This document shows positions 47,452 to 60,824 of a DNA stretch of 64,000 bases, in pieces. Source of the DNA: Zootoca vivipara (lineage: Eukaryota); contig NC_083288.1 in the NCBI RefSeq assembly GCF_963506605.1, forward strand, positions 28,830,001 through 28,894,000. The letters run 5' to 3'. The first letter of the stretch is position 1; each line of letters starts with the position of its first letter. The notes under the pieces were generated by a model that searched no databases, was not told the DNA's origin, and was given only the letters and a program-made list of their open reading frames with translations. A program made the translations under genes and the position numbers.

Positions 47452-48401
47452 TCATTCACATGCCAGTGCAGGATTTCTAGTCAACAGTTTTCTCAATGCA
47501 TTCTGGACATCCTTGTTCCTCAGGCTATATATAATAGGATTGACCATCGGTGTCCCAACTATATAGAGCACAGAAAAGACTTTGCTTAAGTTGGGATACC
47601 AAGTTGTCGTAGGTACACCATACACCACCATCAGTGTCCCATAGAACACTGTAACCACAATGAGATGTGAGGAGCAGGTGGAAAAGGCTTTCTGTTTGCT
47701 TTTGGCAGATGGGATCTTGAGGATGGTGGAGATGATTTTACAGTATGACAGAATGGTAAGAAGGAATGGAGAGAAGGATACAAGAGAAGCAATAATGAAA
47801 GAAAGGATTCTCACCAGTCGTGTGTCTCCACAGGCAAGTTTAACCACAGGTGCCAAATCACAGAAGAAATGATCAATCTTATTAGAGGCACAGAAAGGCA
47901 GCACAGAAACCATTGGCATGGTGACAAATAAGGAAATAAACCCACCAACCCATGACCCTATCGCTAGCTGAATGCAAACTCTGAAGTTCATTAAGTTTCC
48001 ATAATGCAGTGGTTGGCATATGGCTACGTAGCGATCATAGGACATTGCTGCTAGAAGAAAACACTCGGTAACTGCCAGGGAGCCAAAGATGTAAAACTGG
48101 AGGAGACAAGCTGAGAAGGAAATGGCCTCATGGGCAGTCAGTAATGTTTTCAGCATTTTTGGAACCACACTAGTGGTGTACCATATTTCCAAGAAAGAGA
48201 GGTTTCCCAGGAAGAAGTACATGGGGGTATGAAGGCTGTGGTCAGTCAACACAACCACTGTGATCATTATATTCCCCATTAATGTTACTATGTAGACCAC
48301 AAGAAATATCACAAATGTAGGGGTTCTTAGCTTACGAAGGTTCCCAAATCCCAGGAGAATAAATTCTGTGATCACTGTTTGATTTGGACTTGCATTTCCA
48401 C
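47452..48401 (-). CDS. Olfactory receptor OR-4 (family 11/6-like); 7TM body intact but the apparent start codons are 1 nt out of frame (possible recent pseudogene or assembly indel)
   Basis: NQTVITEFILLGF, LHTPMYFFLGNLS, MSYDRYVAICQPLHY, KAFSTCSSHL and PMVNPIIYSLRN. Acceptor TTTTTCAG at 48402. The ATG at 48395 is out of frame, and the ORF-track start at 48510 is an intronic TTG. Confidence 0.85.
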
Positions 48402-48849
48402 CTGAAAAATAGACACACAGTTGATGAGGAAGAGGAAGACAAGCAGAGCAGGGTATCTGTTTAACATAATCTGAATAATTTGGCTCCCTATAATCAAATG
48501 GAATGTACAATCATATTGAGCAATATGAAAACTTCTTTCCTGTTAACTCTCTTCATAAGCCATTTGCACATTTAGTTATGTAGGGAACTCACCTCCATTG
48601 TTCTTCTGGTGAGTGTCAGCTGGGCTACTTCTAAGAAGTATTTCCTAGTATGAATTTTGCACATTTGTACATTCTGCAAAATTTAAATATTTGAATATGT
48701 AGAGCAGGGGTAGCCAACATGGTGCTTTCTGCTGTTGTTGGATCACAACTCCCATCATCCTGACCACTGACCATCCTGGCAGGGGGTGATAGCAAATTAG
48801 CTATCCTTAATATAGAGGCTATAATCTTTGATTCCTCAAACTTTCCCAG

Positions 48850-49305
48850 AACCATTGGACAAAATTCATAGACTGGATAGTATCCCAAGGGTCATGTAGT
48901 CCAGCCCCTCACAATGCAGGAATCTCAACTAAAGCATCCATGACAGATGGTCATCCAACCTCTGCTTTAAAATCTCAAATGAAAGAAAGTCTACCACTTT
49001 CCAAGAGAGTCTGTTCCTGTGTCAAACAGCTCTTACCATCAGAAAGTTATTCCTTATATTTAGTCGAAATCTCATTTTTTTGGAACTTGAAGTCATTGGT
49101 TTTGGTCCTACTCTGTGGAGCAGGGGAAAATGAGCTTCTCCACCTTCCATGTGGCAACCTTTGAGATACTTGAGGATGGCTATCATATCTCCTCTCTGTC
49201 TCCTCTTTTCCAGGTTAAACATATCCAACTCCCTCAAGCATTCGTCATAAGGCTTGGTTTCCAGACCCTTGATCTTCTTAGTTGCCCTCCTCTGCACATG
49301 TTCTA
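48850..49305 (-). mobile_element. CR1 LINE 3' fragment
   Basis: Minus-strand peptide QRRATKKIKGLETKPYDECLRELDMFNLEKRRQRGDMIAILKYLKG is the CR1 ORF2 C-terminus, followed by CR1 3'UTR. Confidence 0.85.
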
Positions 49306-49322
49306 ATTGTTATACTGTATTA

Positions 49323-49377
<55 letters not shown>

Positions 49378-51041
49378 CTAAAACCAAGTCTCTGGTGCTC
49401 TGTCATTCAAACGGAAACTAGACCTGATTGTGCAGGGAACTTGCTGCTCTCCTGATGTTGTGGATCCACTCACGGTGACCGCTTCCCAGACCAGATTTCA
49501 ATGGCTCTACTTAGCATGACTAGGGGAACAATTCTATGCACAGGAAGCTTGTGTGAAGCAAGCCAAAAAAGTACTTCAGATCCAAACTCTGTTCAGGGGC
49601 AGGGCTACCTCTGGCTGAGCCAGCCTAAATATGACAGGAGGGAAAGACGCCTTTAAAATGTGTTTTGATTTATACCGCCCATTTTGCTGGCTTGCTGGCT
49701 TAACGTACACATGACTGAGCTGAAAGGGTTTAAAATCCAGCCTAAGTCTCCCTTCCCTCTGGTCCTCCCCCCCATCTGTTTCAGAGCTCATGCCAATTTA
49801 AGATTCGCCAGGCTCAACTCTGATGACTGGATCCCAGCTTAGATGAGATAAGGAGGGGGAGATAAGCTGGTGTAGCCTGGCTGTTCTGGGAACCTCCCAG
49901 CTCAACCAGAGATCTGCTGGATCCTAACTCCACTCATGCTGGTGGATCTTGCTGTAGAATTGAGTCTGGATCCAACTTAAAGTTTGTCTTTTTAAAATAT
50001 TTAAAGGAAAGGCAGCTAAATAAATGAATTTTGTTTTACCTTTCAACACATTGTCTTCTAAATGCATCTTGCAGGTCTTGGTTATATATCTATCACAGGG
50101 TATTTCAGATTCCCATATATATATATCCCCCAATTGGGGAAAACTAGTTCCCGTGGTGCTTTATTCTGAGAGAGTAGCTAAAATAATGTCTTCTTGGCAA
50201 ACCAATAAATAAGCAAATTGTTGAACTAATTAGTAGCAAAATATTTATATTTAGCAGTGCCGTAATAATTTGATTGCATGAACAATAGGGATTAATTTGT
50301 ATCAATAGCCTATTTCCAGTTGGGAATATTTGCTTATGAGTCAGGTCAAAGTTCTGGTAGCTAAAAAATAAGAGAGAACAAAATGGACCCCCCCCCCTTT
50401 TGAAATGGCACAGTCAACATTGTGACAATCAGAGAGCATAATTGCCTTTAAATCTGTAGCTATACAGTTTTAACGTATGGTATTTGTATATAAGCGTGAA
50501 GACATATTGGAATGTTGTTATTCCTATATCTGCATTTGATAAAAGCAGACACACACACACACACCAACAACCTAGAATTCACTAGGTTGAAGCAATGAGC
50601 AGACACACTGAGTGAGCTTTGACACCTAAGAAGTTGGTGGGTCATCTCAGATATGAATGGAACAGAGAGTAAGAGAACAATCCTTACCACCTTTTGGATG
50701 GTTTGGATAAATCTTATTTATTATAGTAACAGGGCACAGCTGTTGCATTACTTTGCAACAGCCTTGGCAGACATATAAAATATGTGAGAATGGTATGATT
50801 TTTGTAGTTATATTAATATTTTAAATGCATCCCCATTTTAGCTTCTTTTCAGCTTATTTCCTATATTTGTAGTTCTTCTGTGAAATATATATCTTAATAA
50901 ACAAATAAATACATTCATCTGTCTCCAGACTGAGGCCTTGTATTTCTGGTGTCTGATCCTTCCTGTAAGTCCCCAGAAACATTTACATTCTATAATTTCC
51001 TATCAAACTAGGTGCACAAGGGGAAAAATACCCCTTTTAGT

Positions 51042-51237
51042 TGTGGCAAACATGTTTTCTTGTGCAATTTCTCAGGGAATTCCCAATTTTGAATTTTTGA
51101 TGCCATTCATTATCATGAGCAGTGCAATTAGTTGTTGCATTGTCAAAAATAAAAAGCAAACGAACAAGCCAAAAATTCATCTATGTAGTTGTAGTTACAT
51201 TTATTATCATGATGAGTATTATAATTAACTGCTGCTT
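51042..51237 (+). promoter_or_regulatory. Conserved V2R upstream module (O/E-like TTCTCAGGGAAT plus TAATTA-CTGCTGCTT)
   Basis: Homologous blocks lie upstream of V2R-B (35843-35928), V2R-C (46220-46328) and at the window end (63948-63998). Confidence 0.55.
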
Positions 51238-51488
51238 GACAAAACAAAAAACAAAAAAGGAACTTAGCTGTGGCAGATGCCATAAGTATATCCCCTAGCA
51301 CTTAGAGGAAGGGCTAGCAACTAAAACGAGGCATTTATTCATCAGTATGATCCTCAGGTCCTTCTGTTTGCAATTGCAGACTTAAGGACTGTTTGAATGT
51401 TCAAATTAGGCCATTGTAATCTTGCAGCATGTTTATAGACATCAAGAATCTGCATGTAGACGGGAAAAATGAACTTGTGCTGGGGATA

Positions 51489-54400
51489 ATGGTTCTGTTG
51501 GTGTTATGGATGCTCATACTGCTCCCTCACATGACATGCAAGGCCCACACTCTTAAATGCAAGGTCTGGTATCCGCACCCTCCATTCCACAAGTATCATC
51601 AGTCAGGAGACCTCCTCATTGGTGCTGTTGTTTCCCATGGTGGCTTCATCTCCTTCTCACCAGATTTCATGAAGGAACCTCCACAGCCACTGAAGGAAGA
51701 ATTTTTGTAAGGGTTTACTTTTTTACTTACCCGTAATATTGGCTTCATTTATCTTAGAAGTAGAATGATTGGTGGTAAGCAAGCCTGATGCCCTTTTAAA
51801 GGGTGTTGTGGGAGGAGGGATTATTTGGTTGTCTTTGGTTTTGGTTTTCTTATGTATTCTGGGCTTTTTTAACATTGTGATTATATGTGATATTGATGAT
51901 AAATTGTAGAATATCCTTCTGATACAAAATGGAACTCTCATTCTAGAGTGTTGCCTAAGAATTACCAGCATATTGTGGCCTTGGTCTTCGCAGTGAAGGA
52001 GATTAATGAAAACTCTCAGATCTTACCCAATGTTACCTTGGGCTTCCACATCTATGACAACTATTACAATGCTATGTGGACCTACTATTCTACAATGCTG
52101 CTCATATACAGTTTGGAGAGATTTTCCCCAAACTACAACTGTGATCTACGTAATAAGCTAACTGCAGTAATTGGTGGTCTGGATTCCCAAATTTCTTCAA
52201 ATATGGCCATTTTCTTGGATATGCACAAGATTCCACAGGTACGATATGCAAATAAGGGTATGACAAGTTTGCAATTCCTTCACAACTCCTTAGTCGTAGT
52301 CAGGTGCAATGGATGCGTTTGAAGGAAACAAATGAACCTTATCTTACGTGTTAGTGTCATCTGTGAAAGAGGGGTGTTATAGTTTTATTTAATTTTTCTT
52401 CTCATTTTTATTGTGCATTTTGTGTTTTGTACATGTATTTTTATGCAGTGAACCAGCCTGAGAGCTTCAGATGAAGGGTGGCATACAAATTTAAATCAAC
52501 ATCACTCTAATCATTTCTAGGTGCTAGCCCTATTCTATGGATGAGAGCAAGTTTGCTACTCTCTTTCTCTTTTATTATGGAAATAATTGGAGTCTTCCTT
52601 CTGGAAGAAGTGACTAAGCAGGATTTCACATGGCAAAAGGGGCCAATCAGATTGGGAAGGTTCCACCCCCCCCCCATTTTAATGGCAGTGCCATCTGCAA
52701 CCTCTTATTTTTAAAATCTTCATGCTATTTACCTTCCTACTGTTTGGCAATATGGGACTAGGCATTTGACTATACAGGGTATAAACTGGAATTTCTGGGG
52801 TATTGTTAAATTGACGTTAGGTTTTTGTTTGCTTGTTTTTGCCTACTCCACATTACCCTCTACAGATACAGATTAGCTTTATGAATTTGTCTGTTTCATT
52901 TCCTAAACTGGTAAGTGGATTTGATCCATCATTAAGCACGGGACGCAGGTGGCGCTTTGGGTTAAACCACAGAGCCTAGGGCTTGCCAATCAGAAGGTAG
53001 GCAGTACGAATCCTCGCAACGGGGCGAGCTCCCATTGTTTGGCCCCAGCTCCTGCCAACCTAGCAATTCGAAAGCACGTCAAAGTGCAAGTAGATAAATA
53101 GGTACCATTACAGCGGGAAGGTAAATGGTGTTTCCGTGCGCTGCTCTGGTTTTGCCAGAAGCGGCTTTATCATGATGGCCACATGACCTGGAAGTTGTAC
53201 ACCGGCTCCCTCGGCCAATAACGCGAGATGAGTGCCGCAACCCCAGAGTCGGTCACGACTGGACCTAATTGTCAGGGGTCCCTTTACCCTTTACCTTTAA
53301 GCACCCTATGTTTCTATGTTTAGGTATGAGCACTTCTTCCACTGCCAACCAGCTTAGAAGCCTTTGTAACATGTATCAACAGCGGTGGGGTACACCAGTC
53401 AAGTCACAAACTCCCAAGGATCCCATTTAATGAGAGATGGGAAACTGCTTCATCCCATGCCATCAAACTGATGTAGTTCAGCTGGGGTGGTTTTGAACAG
53501 GTTGGTGTTTTCACCAGTCTGCAAAGATTCAACTTGGCTGCACTTAATTATGTTTGGTTATATTTAATAAATATAACCAAAACTGGCCTCCTGATTCTCC
53601 CTTCAGGTGTGCAGGAAAACACAGTCTGTATGGCCCTTTCATAGCCTATAAATGCCACATTCTCATTGACTATTAGTACAGTATTTTAAAAGTTCAAAGT
53701 ACTTAATTACTCTGTTTCACCCTGAGAATGTTTACTGTGAATTGATTCATGAATCTCAAGATTCTTCAGGACTACATTTTATCATAGTGCACCCCGCTCT
53801 GTGAATAGCTCTAGGAAAAAAGTAATTTAGGAAACTTCCAAACCAGCTGTTTATTGAGCAGTGATTATTATATATTTGCAGAAAACCTGCATGGAGCTTA
53901 TACAACATTGCCTGTATTAGAAATATTTATCTCTCATCCTTCTTCATATCACTGAATAAAACTCTGATAATTATTCTAAAAATGCATCACTTGCAGACAG
54001 ATCATAAAACAACTTTAAATTTGAGACACCTTCATACAGTTCACTAACTTTGCAAGTAACATGGCTGCCAGAGTAGAAATGACATGTGCAAATAGTGCCA
54101 ATTTCTCTAGCACTAATGGGTAATGAATGGGAGTTTAAACCACCAAAGGTGATTGTTTATCTTCAACCTCATCTTCATATGTATCCTTAGCTAACATACA
54201 GCCCTGCTCCGGAGATGAACTATAAAACCCCAGGCCTTTTCTTCTACCAGATGGTCCCTAAGGAAGACCTACAGTATGATGGGATTCTTCATCTGCTTCT
54301 GCACTTCAGGTGGACATGGATTGGGACCGTTGTTATGGATACTGACAATGGAGAAAGATTTGTGCAAACTGTGCTTCCAACATTTCCCCAGAAAGGTGTC

Positions 54401-57400
54401 TGTATTGCCTTCATGGAAAGAATCCCGATTCCAACTTTTATTTCGGAGATTACCAGCATGGTGGCTCGTGGAAAAGAAATAAATGATAAAATAAGAAACA
54501 GCAAAGCCAATGTAATTGTGGCTTGCGGGGAGTCTTATTCCTTTCCATTTTTTAGATGGTTGTCATTTCTGTCAAGTGTAGACCACATGGCAAAGAAACC
54601 CAAAGGCAAAGTGTGGATAACAACAGCCCAGATAGAGCTCAATTCATTCTCCTATCAAAGGAATTGGGATGTAGAAACTTTCAATGGTGCAATAACCTTC
54701 TCATATCAGTTCAATCATGTGTCAGAATTTCAGCAGTTTGCTGAGGGCAGAAACCCTTTCAGCACTTCTAGAGATGGTTTCATCAGGGACTTCTGGCAAC
54801 ATGCTTTTGACTGTGCTTTTCCAAATACAACAGTGGATGAGGTGCCTGAGAATATTTGCACAGGAGAGGAGAAGCTGGCAGACCTTCCATTCATCTATTT
54901 TGAAATGAGCATGACTGGCCATAGCTACAGTGTCTACAATGCTGTTTATGTTGTGGCTTATGCATTACATGCCATGTCTTCATCAAGACTGAAAAACAAA
55001 GCAATGCTGGATGAAGGGGATCTGAAGCTTCAAAATCAACCATATTGGAAGGTAGTTAGCTGAACATCCTCATGGGTTATAGCTAGACTAATTTGAGAAG
55101 TAAGCTGCCTCCCTATACTCTTCCAGTCCTTATGGTTGTATCTTCTTTAGCTGTCCTAAAAGCTAGAACCATCGTTTTTAATTTAGCCATCTCTACTTTC
55201 TTTTTCGTTGTGTATGTGCTGAGCCCTTAAAGCTTTGTAACCAGTACAGAAACCCACATTTAGAAGCAACGTCTTGTATATTAGAAAAGTTTGCTCCTCC
55301 ATCTGGCTGCAAAAGTGGTCCAGGCAGGATTGCTTTTGTGTGGGGACAGAAAGACTGGCATGTAGGCACTCCAGTTTCTGATGCTGGAAAATTTCAGCAA
55401 AGGGAGAGGGGCAGAGGTATTTAAGGTGATGCTTTCTGCCTCTTTGTTCTCTTTATTTCTGAGCACAGGATTCAACCTGCCCTTCCAGTGTGAGTTTAAC
55501 TGGTTGCCTTATTTGGGGGCAAGAAGAATTTTTTGTCCTTTTCTGTGATTGGCTTACAGGCATTTTCCCCCTCCTATTCTATACTGTCATGCCAAGCTGC
55601 AACAGTTAGTGGTGCATACTGGATATTTATGTTGACAGGTTATGTTGATGATGGGTGGGAAAGGTAGAGACTTGTGGTAGGTAGGGTCTGGAACCTGTGT
55701 CTCTCACTCTTGAGGGGGCATGAATGGGTTTCTAAAAAAACTCAATACCTGTGCAAAACAAATTAACAAATGCCCGAATTATGAGACAAATGCAATTTCA
55801 TGACCCACTTGCAGCATTTTTATAAACCTTTATATTTTCATTCTAGCTCCATCACTTTCTGAGACATACCTCATTTAACAACAGTGCTGGACAGAAGATT
55901 TCCTTTGACCAAAATGGGAAGTTAGCAGCTGGATTTGATATCATCAACTATTTATGTGTTTCAAATATATCTAAAGTAAAGATTGGGAAGGTTGATCCTA
56001 GGGCCCCTTCAGAACAAAAAATAACCATCAATGAGGATGCCATCACATGGCACAACTGGTTTAACCAGGTAGGATCCAGTTAATAGCAGTTTAGGAATTA
56101 CTTGTTCCTTGAAGTACTGAATGTCAGTAATGATAGACAAAATTAATTTCCCGAGGTATTGCTCAAATGAAGATACTTTATATAAATTTGTAGAAGTTTA
56201 TATACTTCATAACATTATGCTTGGCATGGAGAAAATGGATAGAGAACAGTTTTTCCGCCTCTCACATAACATTAGAACCTGTGGATGAAACTGAAGATTC
56301 AAGACAGATAAAATAAAGTAATTCACACAGTGCATACTTAGACTATGGAACTAATTCCCACAGGATGGTCACCAACTTGGATGGTTTCAAAGTGGATTGG
56401 ACAAATTCTTGGAGGTTCAGGCTAAGAATGGCTATTAGTTATGATGACGATGTTCTGCCTCCACAGTCTGAGGCATCTTAATAGCATGGGGTGGAGTGAA
56501 AAGTGTTCCTGTTCTCAGGTCCCCCTTGCAGGTTTCCTACAGGTCATTGTGAGAACAGATGCTAGATTAGATGTGCCATTGGCCTGATCCAGCAGGCTCT
56601 TCTTATGTTCCTATGTGTTTACTTGAGAAATCTTGCATCACGGATGTTTCTTTTCCCTTCTTCTCAAGCACATTTCAAAACATCTCCCCCTCTTTTGTTT
56701 AACCATATATAAAGAGAGCCAACTCAGAGTTCTGAGGTAAAAAAATACAGTGAGCCTGTAGATAGAATAATAGAATCACAGAATTGTACAGTTGGAATGC
56801 ACCACAAGGGTCATCTAGTCCAACCCCCTGCAATGCAGGAATCTTTTGCCCAATGTGGGGTTTGAAGCCATGACCCTGAGATTAAGCATGTCATGTTGTA
56901 CTGACTGAGCTATCCACAAGGGCGATTAAAAGTTACATCATGAGTCAAAAACTATAAACAAAAATGGTGGAATTAAACCGATTTCAACTCATATTTTCAT
57001 TATTTATCTTAACAATTCTATCAGGTCATGTTCAACAATCCAAACATGAAGCATTAAATCCCAGGAATAACTAGGCAGCCTGTTTAAGACCATAATAACT
57101 TGCAAAACTCATTTAACTCTTAACTGATACATTAAGCACTAGATGGCATTATAACCAATATATATATATTCCTCTAATATACACCCACATTCCTGGTACG
57201 TTTTACTACTTTTTACTACTTTCCAGCATATTTCCAGCATATTCCAGTCCATTGGTGTAGAAGAAGGACACCACTAGTGGTAATGGTTGAAAGACTGGAC
57301 AGAGATGGGTAGAACAAGATGAATTTCAAATGTTAATCCTAATTTTCCAGTTTAATAGTGATAATTGGGCATGCTTTTGTGGGACTGGAGTCACATAACA

Positions 57401-60400
57401 TGGTCCCAAGACTTCAAAAGTATGTTAGCATATGATGGAACCATGCAGCCATTCTGATAAATCTGAAAATGAAAAGCCCACCCCAAAGGTTTAAAGGTCA
57501 TCAAAGTGAAGGTTATTATTTTTTGTCCTATTTGCTTTATGAATTAGACACAACCTATTTCTGAATGCGTGGAAAGATGCCGTCCAGGTTCTAGCAAGAA
57601 AGTGAAGGAAGGGAAGCCATTTTGCTGCTACGATTGCATCTCATGTCCAGAAGGAAAGATTTCACATGAGGAGGGTAAGGCCTATATTGTATAGGTTTAT
57701 TGATAAAATCAATGCAGTCTAGAGGGATAGGTTTGTAAAGACCACTTTAGGTAGAGATAGATAGATTTTCTATATTGCACTTCACCATATGGCTGCAGGG
57801 CCATGTAAAATATAATGAAATATGTCAATACAGACTTCTAGAAATCAGTTAAAATGTTAATGCAAAATAAACTCACCATAAACTAAAACAACAGTGGATA
57901 ATCTAAGATAACTAAAGGTACAACAAATTGAACTAACTCTCCCCCCCCAAAAAAAAACCCACCTAGAAGAATAGTCATAAGCACATCAGCATTATTTCTC
58001 TACATTTTTTTCCCAAAAATTTTTTTCCCAAAAAAATGTTGGCATATTTTGGTAGGGGTTGGTGCTGCACAGGACAGCACTGAAAAGGTATGAATTGACA
58101 TATGATATTTAAATATATGTGCAATAATTTGACCTTGTGTCTGGCGAGACTCACCACCACGAGGTCTGGTGAGACCTGCTGCCACCACAAGATTCTGTTA
58201 GGGTTGATGCTGCCGCGAAGCCCGACAAAACCACTGGCATACATCTGGAAGCCTACGCCACACTGGAAGTGCAGTGGAAGTGTAGCCTGGTTCCTTACGC
58301 ATGTCAGTGGCCACAGCATGCTTCCAGGCCTTGGCAGAGGCCCTGCAGATGTGGTGGTGGAAGAAGCAGGACATCACAGATTGACATAAGAAGCCGGAGC
58401 CGCTTCTGTCAACCAGTGTCATCCCATACAAATTGGGACTGTTGGTGGATGTGTCATGTTGGTCTCCTACTAAAAGTGAACCAGAAAATATCACTCTTGG
58501 GTCTGGAGAAAACATATGTTCTTCTGCTGTTTTTTCTTGAATGTGATAACATCATAATCTTTGGTTTGTTTGTTTACACAAAGTAACTTGAAACAACTTA
58601 CAACAACAATGCCACTTCCACACTTGAGTGGGGGCAAATTTCCCACACTCCATGTCCCCCAGGAAAGGAGACTCAAGTGATCTCTTCCTGGAGAGGAATT
58701 GTGGGTGGCCCATCTTAATGTGTGGAACAATCTTAGAGATGGGGAACAGGCTTTTAAGCCTTGATCCTCCCTGAATGCTGCAGATTTCTCTTTGGAGAGA
58801 CCCACCCCCCTTCCCATTGCAGTGTAGGCTTGGGTTAGGTGGTCATTTCAGAGCTGATTAGGAATTTGGGAGTGAGCCCATACTTCACCTTGATTTTTCT
58901 CTATTTTGCCTACTTCATACTGTTTAGTTTAGTTTAGTTTAATTGTCTGTTAGTCCAGGCAGAAAATACAAGTCAAGAGAGGTGGGATAATTGAGGAAGC
59001 CTTGGGTTAAGGGCACTCTTGAGTCACTTTATGCTGCCTTGATTGGGGTCATTGGGTGTGCCCTTTAGGCTGGCATGCACACTGGGGTAAATGCTAACCT
59101 GATGGGGCAAGTGTGTGCTTCTCGGATCACCTACCAAAGATTATTAGAGTTTTCTTTCCAATCTTTTGCTCCAAGCTAACAGGTGTCTCCTGTAGACATA
59201 TGAAGGAGTAGGAAGTGTCATGTTTCCTTCTGTCTTAGGAAACTTTTCCTCTCAAACTATATTTTGGTTTTGCTAGCTTTAATTTGGTTTTTAGATATAT
59301 AATCTCAGATAATTCTGCATCCTGAGTCTTCCTTTGGGTATATAGGCAAATACATAATACATAGCTGCCAAGTCTCCCGCTGAAAAATGCGGGATCAGCA
59401 GTGGCGCGGCACCAGAAATCGCTTCTACTCGCTTCTACACATGTACAGACATGCGTAGTAGCGACTTTCGGTGCCGCGCTACCCATGTATGAGCACCAGA
59501 AATCGGGTGGTGCCAGGGCCCAAAATGGAGCCTCCCTGGCAGGTGAGAAATCCAGGGGATTTACGGGATTATTTTTTTCAATCCAGGCTGCCAGCAGGAA
59601 ACTTTAAAATATGGGGTTTCCCGCGAAAAACGGGAGACTTGGCAGCTATGACATAACACCTCCCTTAAAATCATAACACCTCCCTTAAAATCAGCATTTA
59701 ACTATGAGTAAAATCTAAAATGTAGGCACCATGAGTATGGAGCTGGCTAAGTGGATCACTGTCCTTAGTCATGAACAATATTTGATGCTTTGTTCCAGAT
59801 GTATGCAACTATCACAGACAAATCATTATTTGATGTACATTTAATACCTCTGAGAGGAACAGCCATAGATATGTTTATGAGATGAATATAAGATTGACAG
59901 AGACTCATTTCTTTTTCAGACATGGGTGACTGCTTTAAATGCCCTGATGAATATTATCCAAACAAAAACCAGGTTGCATGTATCCCCAAGGACATAAATT
60001 TCTTGTCTTATGAAGAACTATTGGGGGTCATTTTAGCTTCTTTTTCTCTCTTCTCTTCAATTATCACAACTCTGGTATTAGGAATCTTTATAAAGCACCA
60101 TGACACTCCCATTGTCAAAGCCAACAACCGGGATTTGACCTACATTCTCCTCATCTCCCTCCTGCTCTGCTTTCTTTCTGCCTTGCTATTCATTGGTGAA
60201 CCTCAGAAGGTGACATGTCTCCTTCGGCAAACTGCTTTTGGCATCATCTTCTCAGTGGCTGTTTCTTCAGTTTTGGGAAAGACTATTATTGTGGTTCTGG
60301 CTTTTATGGCCACCAGACCAGGATCAATAATGAAAAAATGGGTGGGGAAAGGACTGGCCTACTCTGTTGTCGTTTCCTGCTCCTTTATTCAAGCAGGCAT

Positions 60401-60824
60401 CTGTACTATCTGGCTGGCAACTTATCCCCCATTCCCAGATGTTGACATGCACTCAATGACAGAAGAAATCATACTAGAATGCAATGAGGGGTCTGTGGCA
60501 ATGTTCTACTCAGTCATTGGCTACATGGGTTTCCTGGCCACGGTTAGTTTCACAGTGGCTTTCTTTGCCAGGAAGTTACCTGACAGTTTCAATGAAGCCA
60601 AGTTCATCACTTTCAGCATGTTGGTCTTCTGCAGTGTTTGGTTATCCTTCATTCCTTCTTATATGAGCACCAAAGGAAAATACATGGTGGCTGTGGAGGT
60701 TTTCTGTATCTTAGCATCCAGTGCTGGGTTGCTGGGCTGTATCTTTTCCCCAAAATGTTATCTAATTTTGTTGAGGCCAGAGCTGAACAATAGGGAACAG
60801 CTAATAAGACAAAATGTTTGTTGA
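51489..60824 (+). CDS. Vomeronasal type-2 receptor V2R-D, intact, 6 exons, 874 aa
   Basis: Exons 51489-51706, 51947-52238, 54191-55051, 55847-56068, 57548-57674 and 59920-60824 (218/292/861/222/127/905 bp). GT-AG junctions, frame open throughout. An in-frame upstream ATG also exists at 51429. Confidence 0.94.
52940..53296 (+). mobile_element. Sauria (Squam1) SINE, full length
   Basis: Head GGGACGCAGGTGGCGC, BovB-like tail AGAGTCGGTCACGACT plus (ACCTTT)n, TSD TTAAGCAC (52932-52939 / 53297-53304). Confidence 0.9.
56225..56612 (+). mobile_element. Old CR1-clade LINE 3' remnant
   Basis: ATGGAGAAAATGGATAGAGAA...CTATGGAACTAATTCCCACAGG...GGATTGGACAAATTCTTGGAGG...GGCCTGATCCAGCAGGCTCTTCTTATGTTC. Confidence 0.5.
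56770..56914 (-). mobile_element. tRNA-Lys-derived SINE with CR1 tail (copy of the 2276 family)
   Basis: Reverse complement of the 2276 element: AGAATCACAGAATTG...GTCCAACCCCCTGCAATGCAGGAATCTTTTGCCCAATGTGGGG...CTGACTGAGCTATCC. Confidence 0.75.
59360..59650. mobile_element. hAT-type MITE (same TIRs as 19191)
   Basis: TIRs CATAGCTGCCAAGTCTCCCG...CGGGAGACTTGGCAGCTATG; TSD ACATAATA/ACATAACA. Confidence 0.85.

Noticed and set aside
48402-48510. Extended OR-4 N-terminus (MYIPFDY...) from the ORF track
   Set aside because: Starts at TTG and lies upstream of a clear splice acceptor, so it is intronic.
48883-48892. O/E-like site TCCCAAGGGT upstream of OR-4
   Set aside because: Part of the CR1 3'UTR sequence and an imperfect match; no evidence of co-option.
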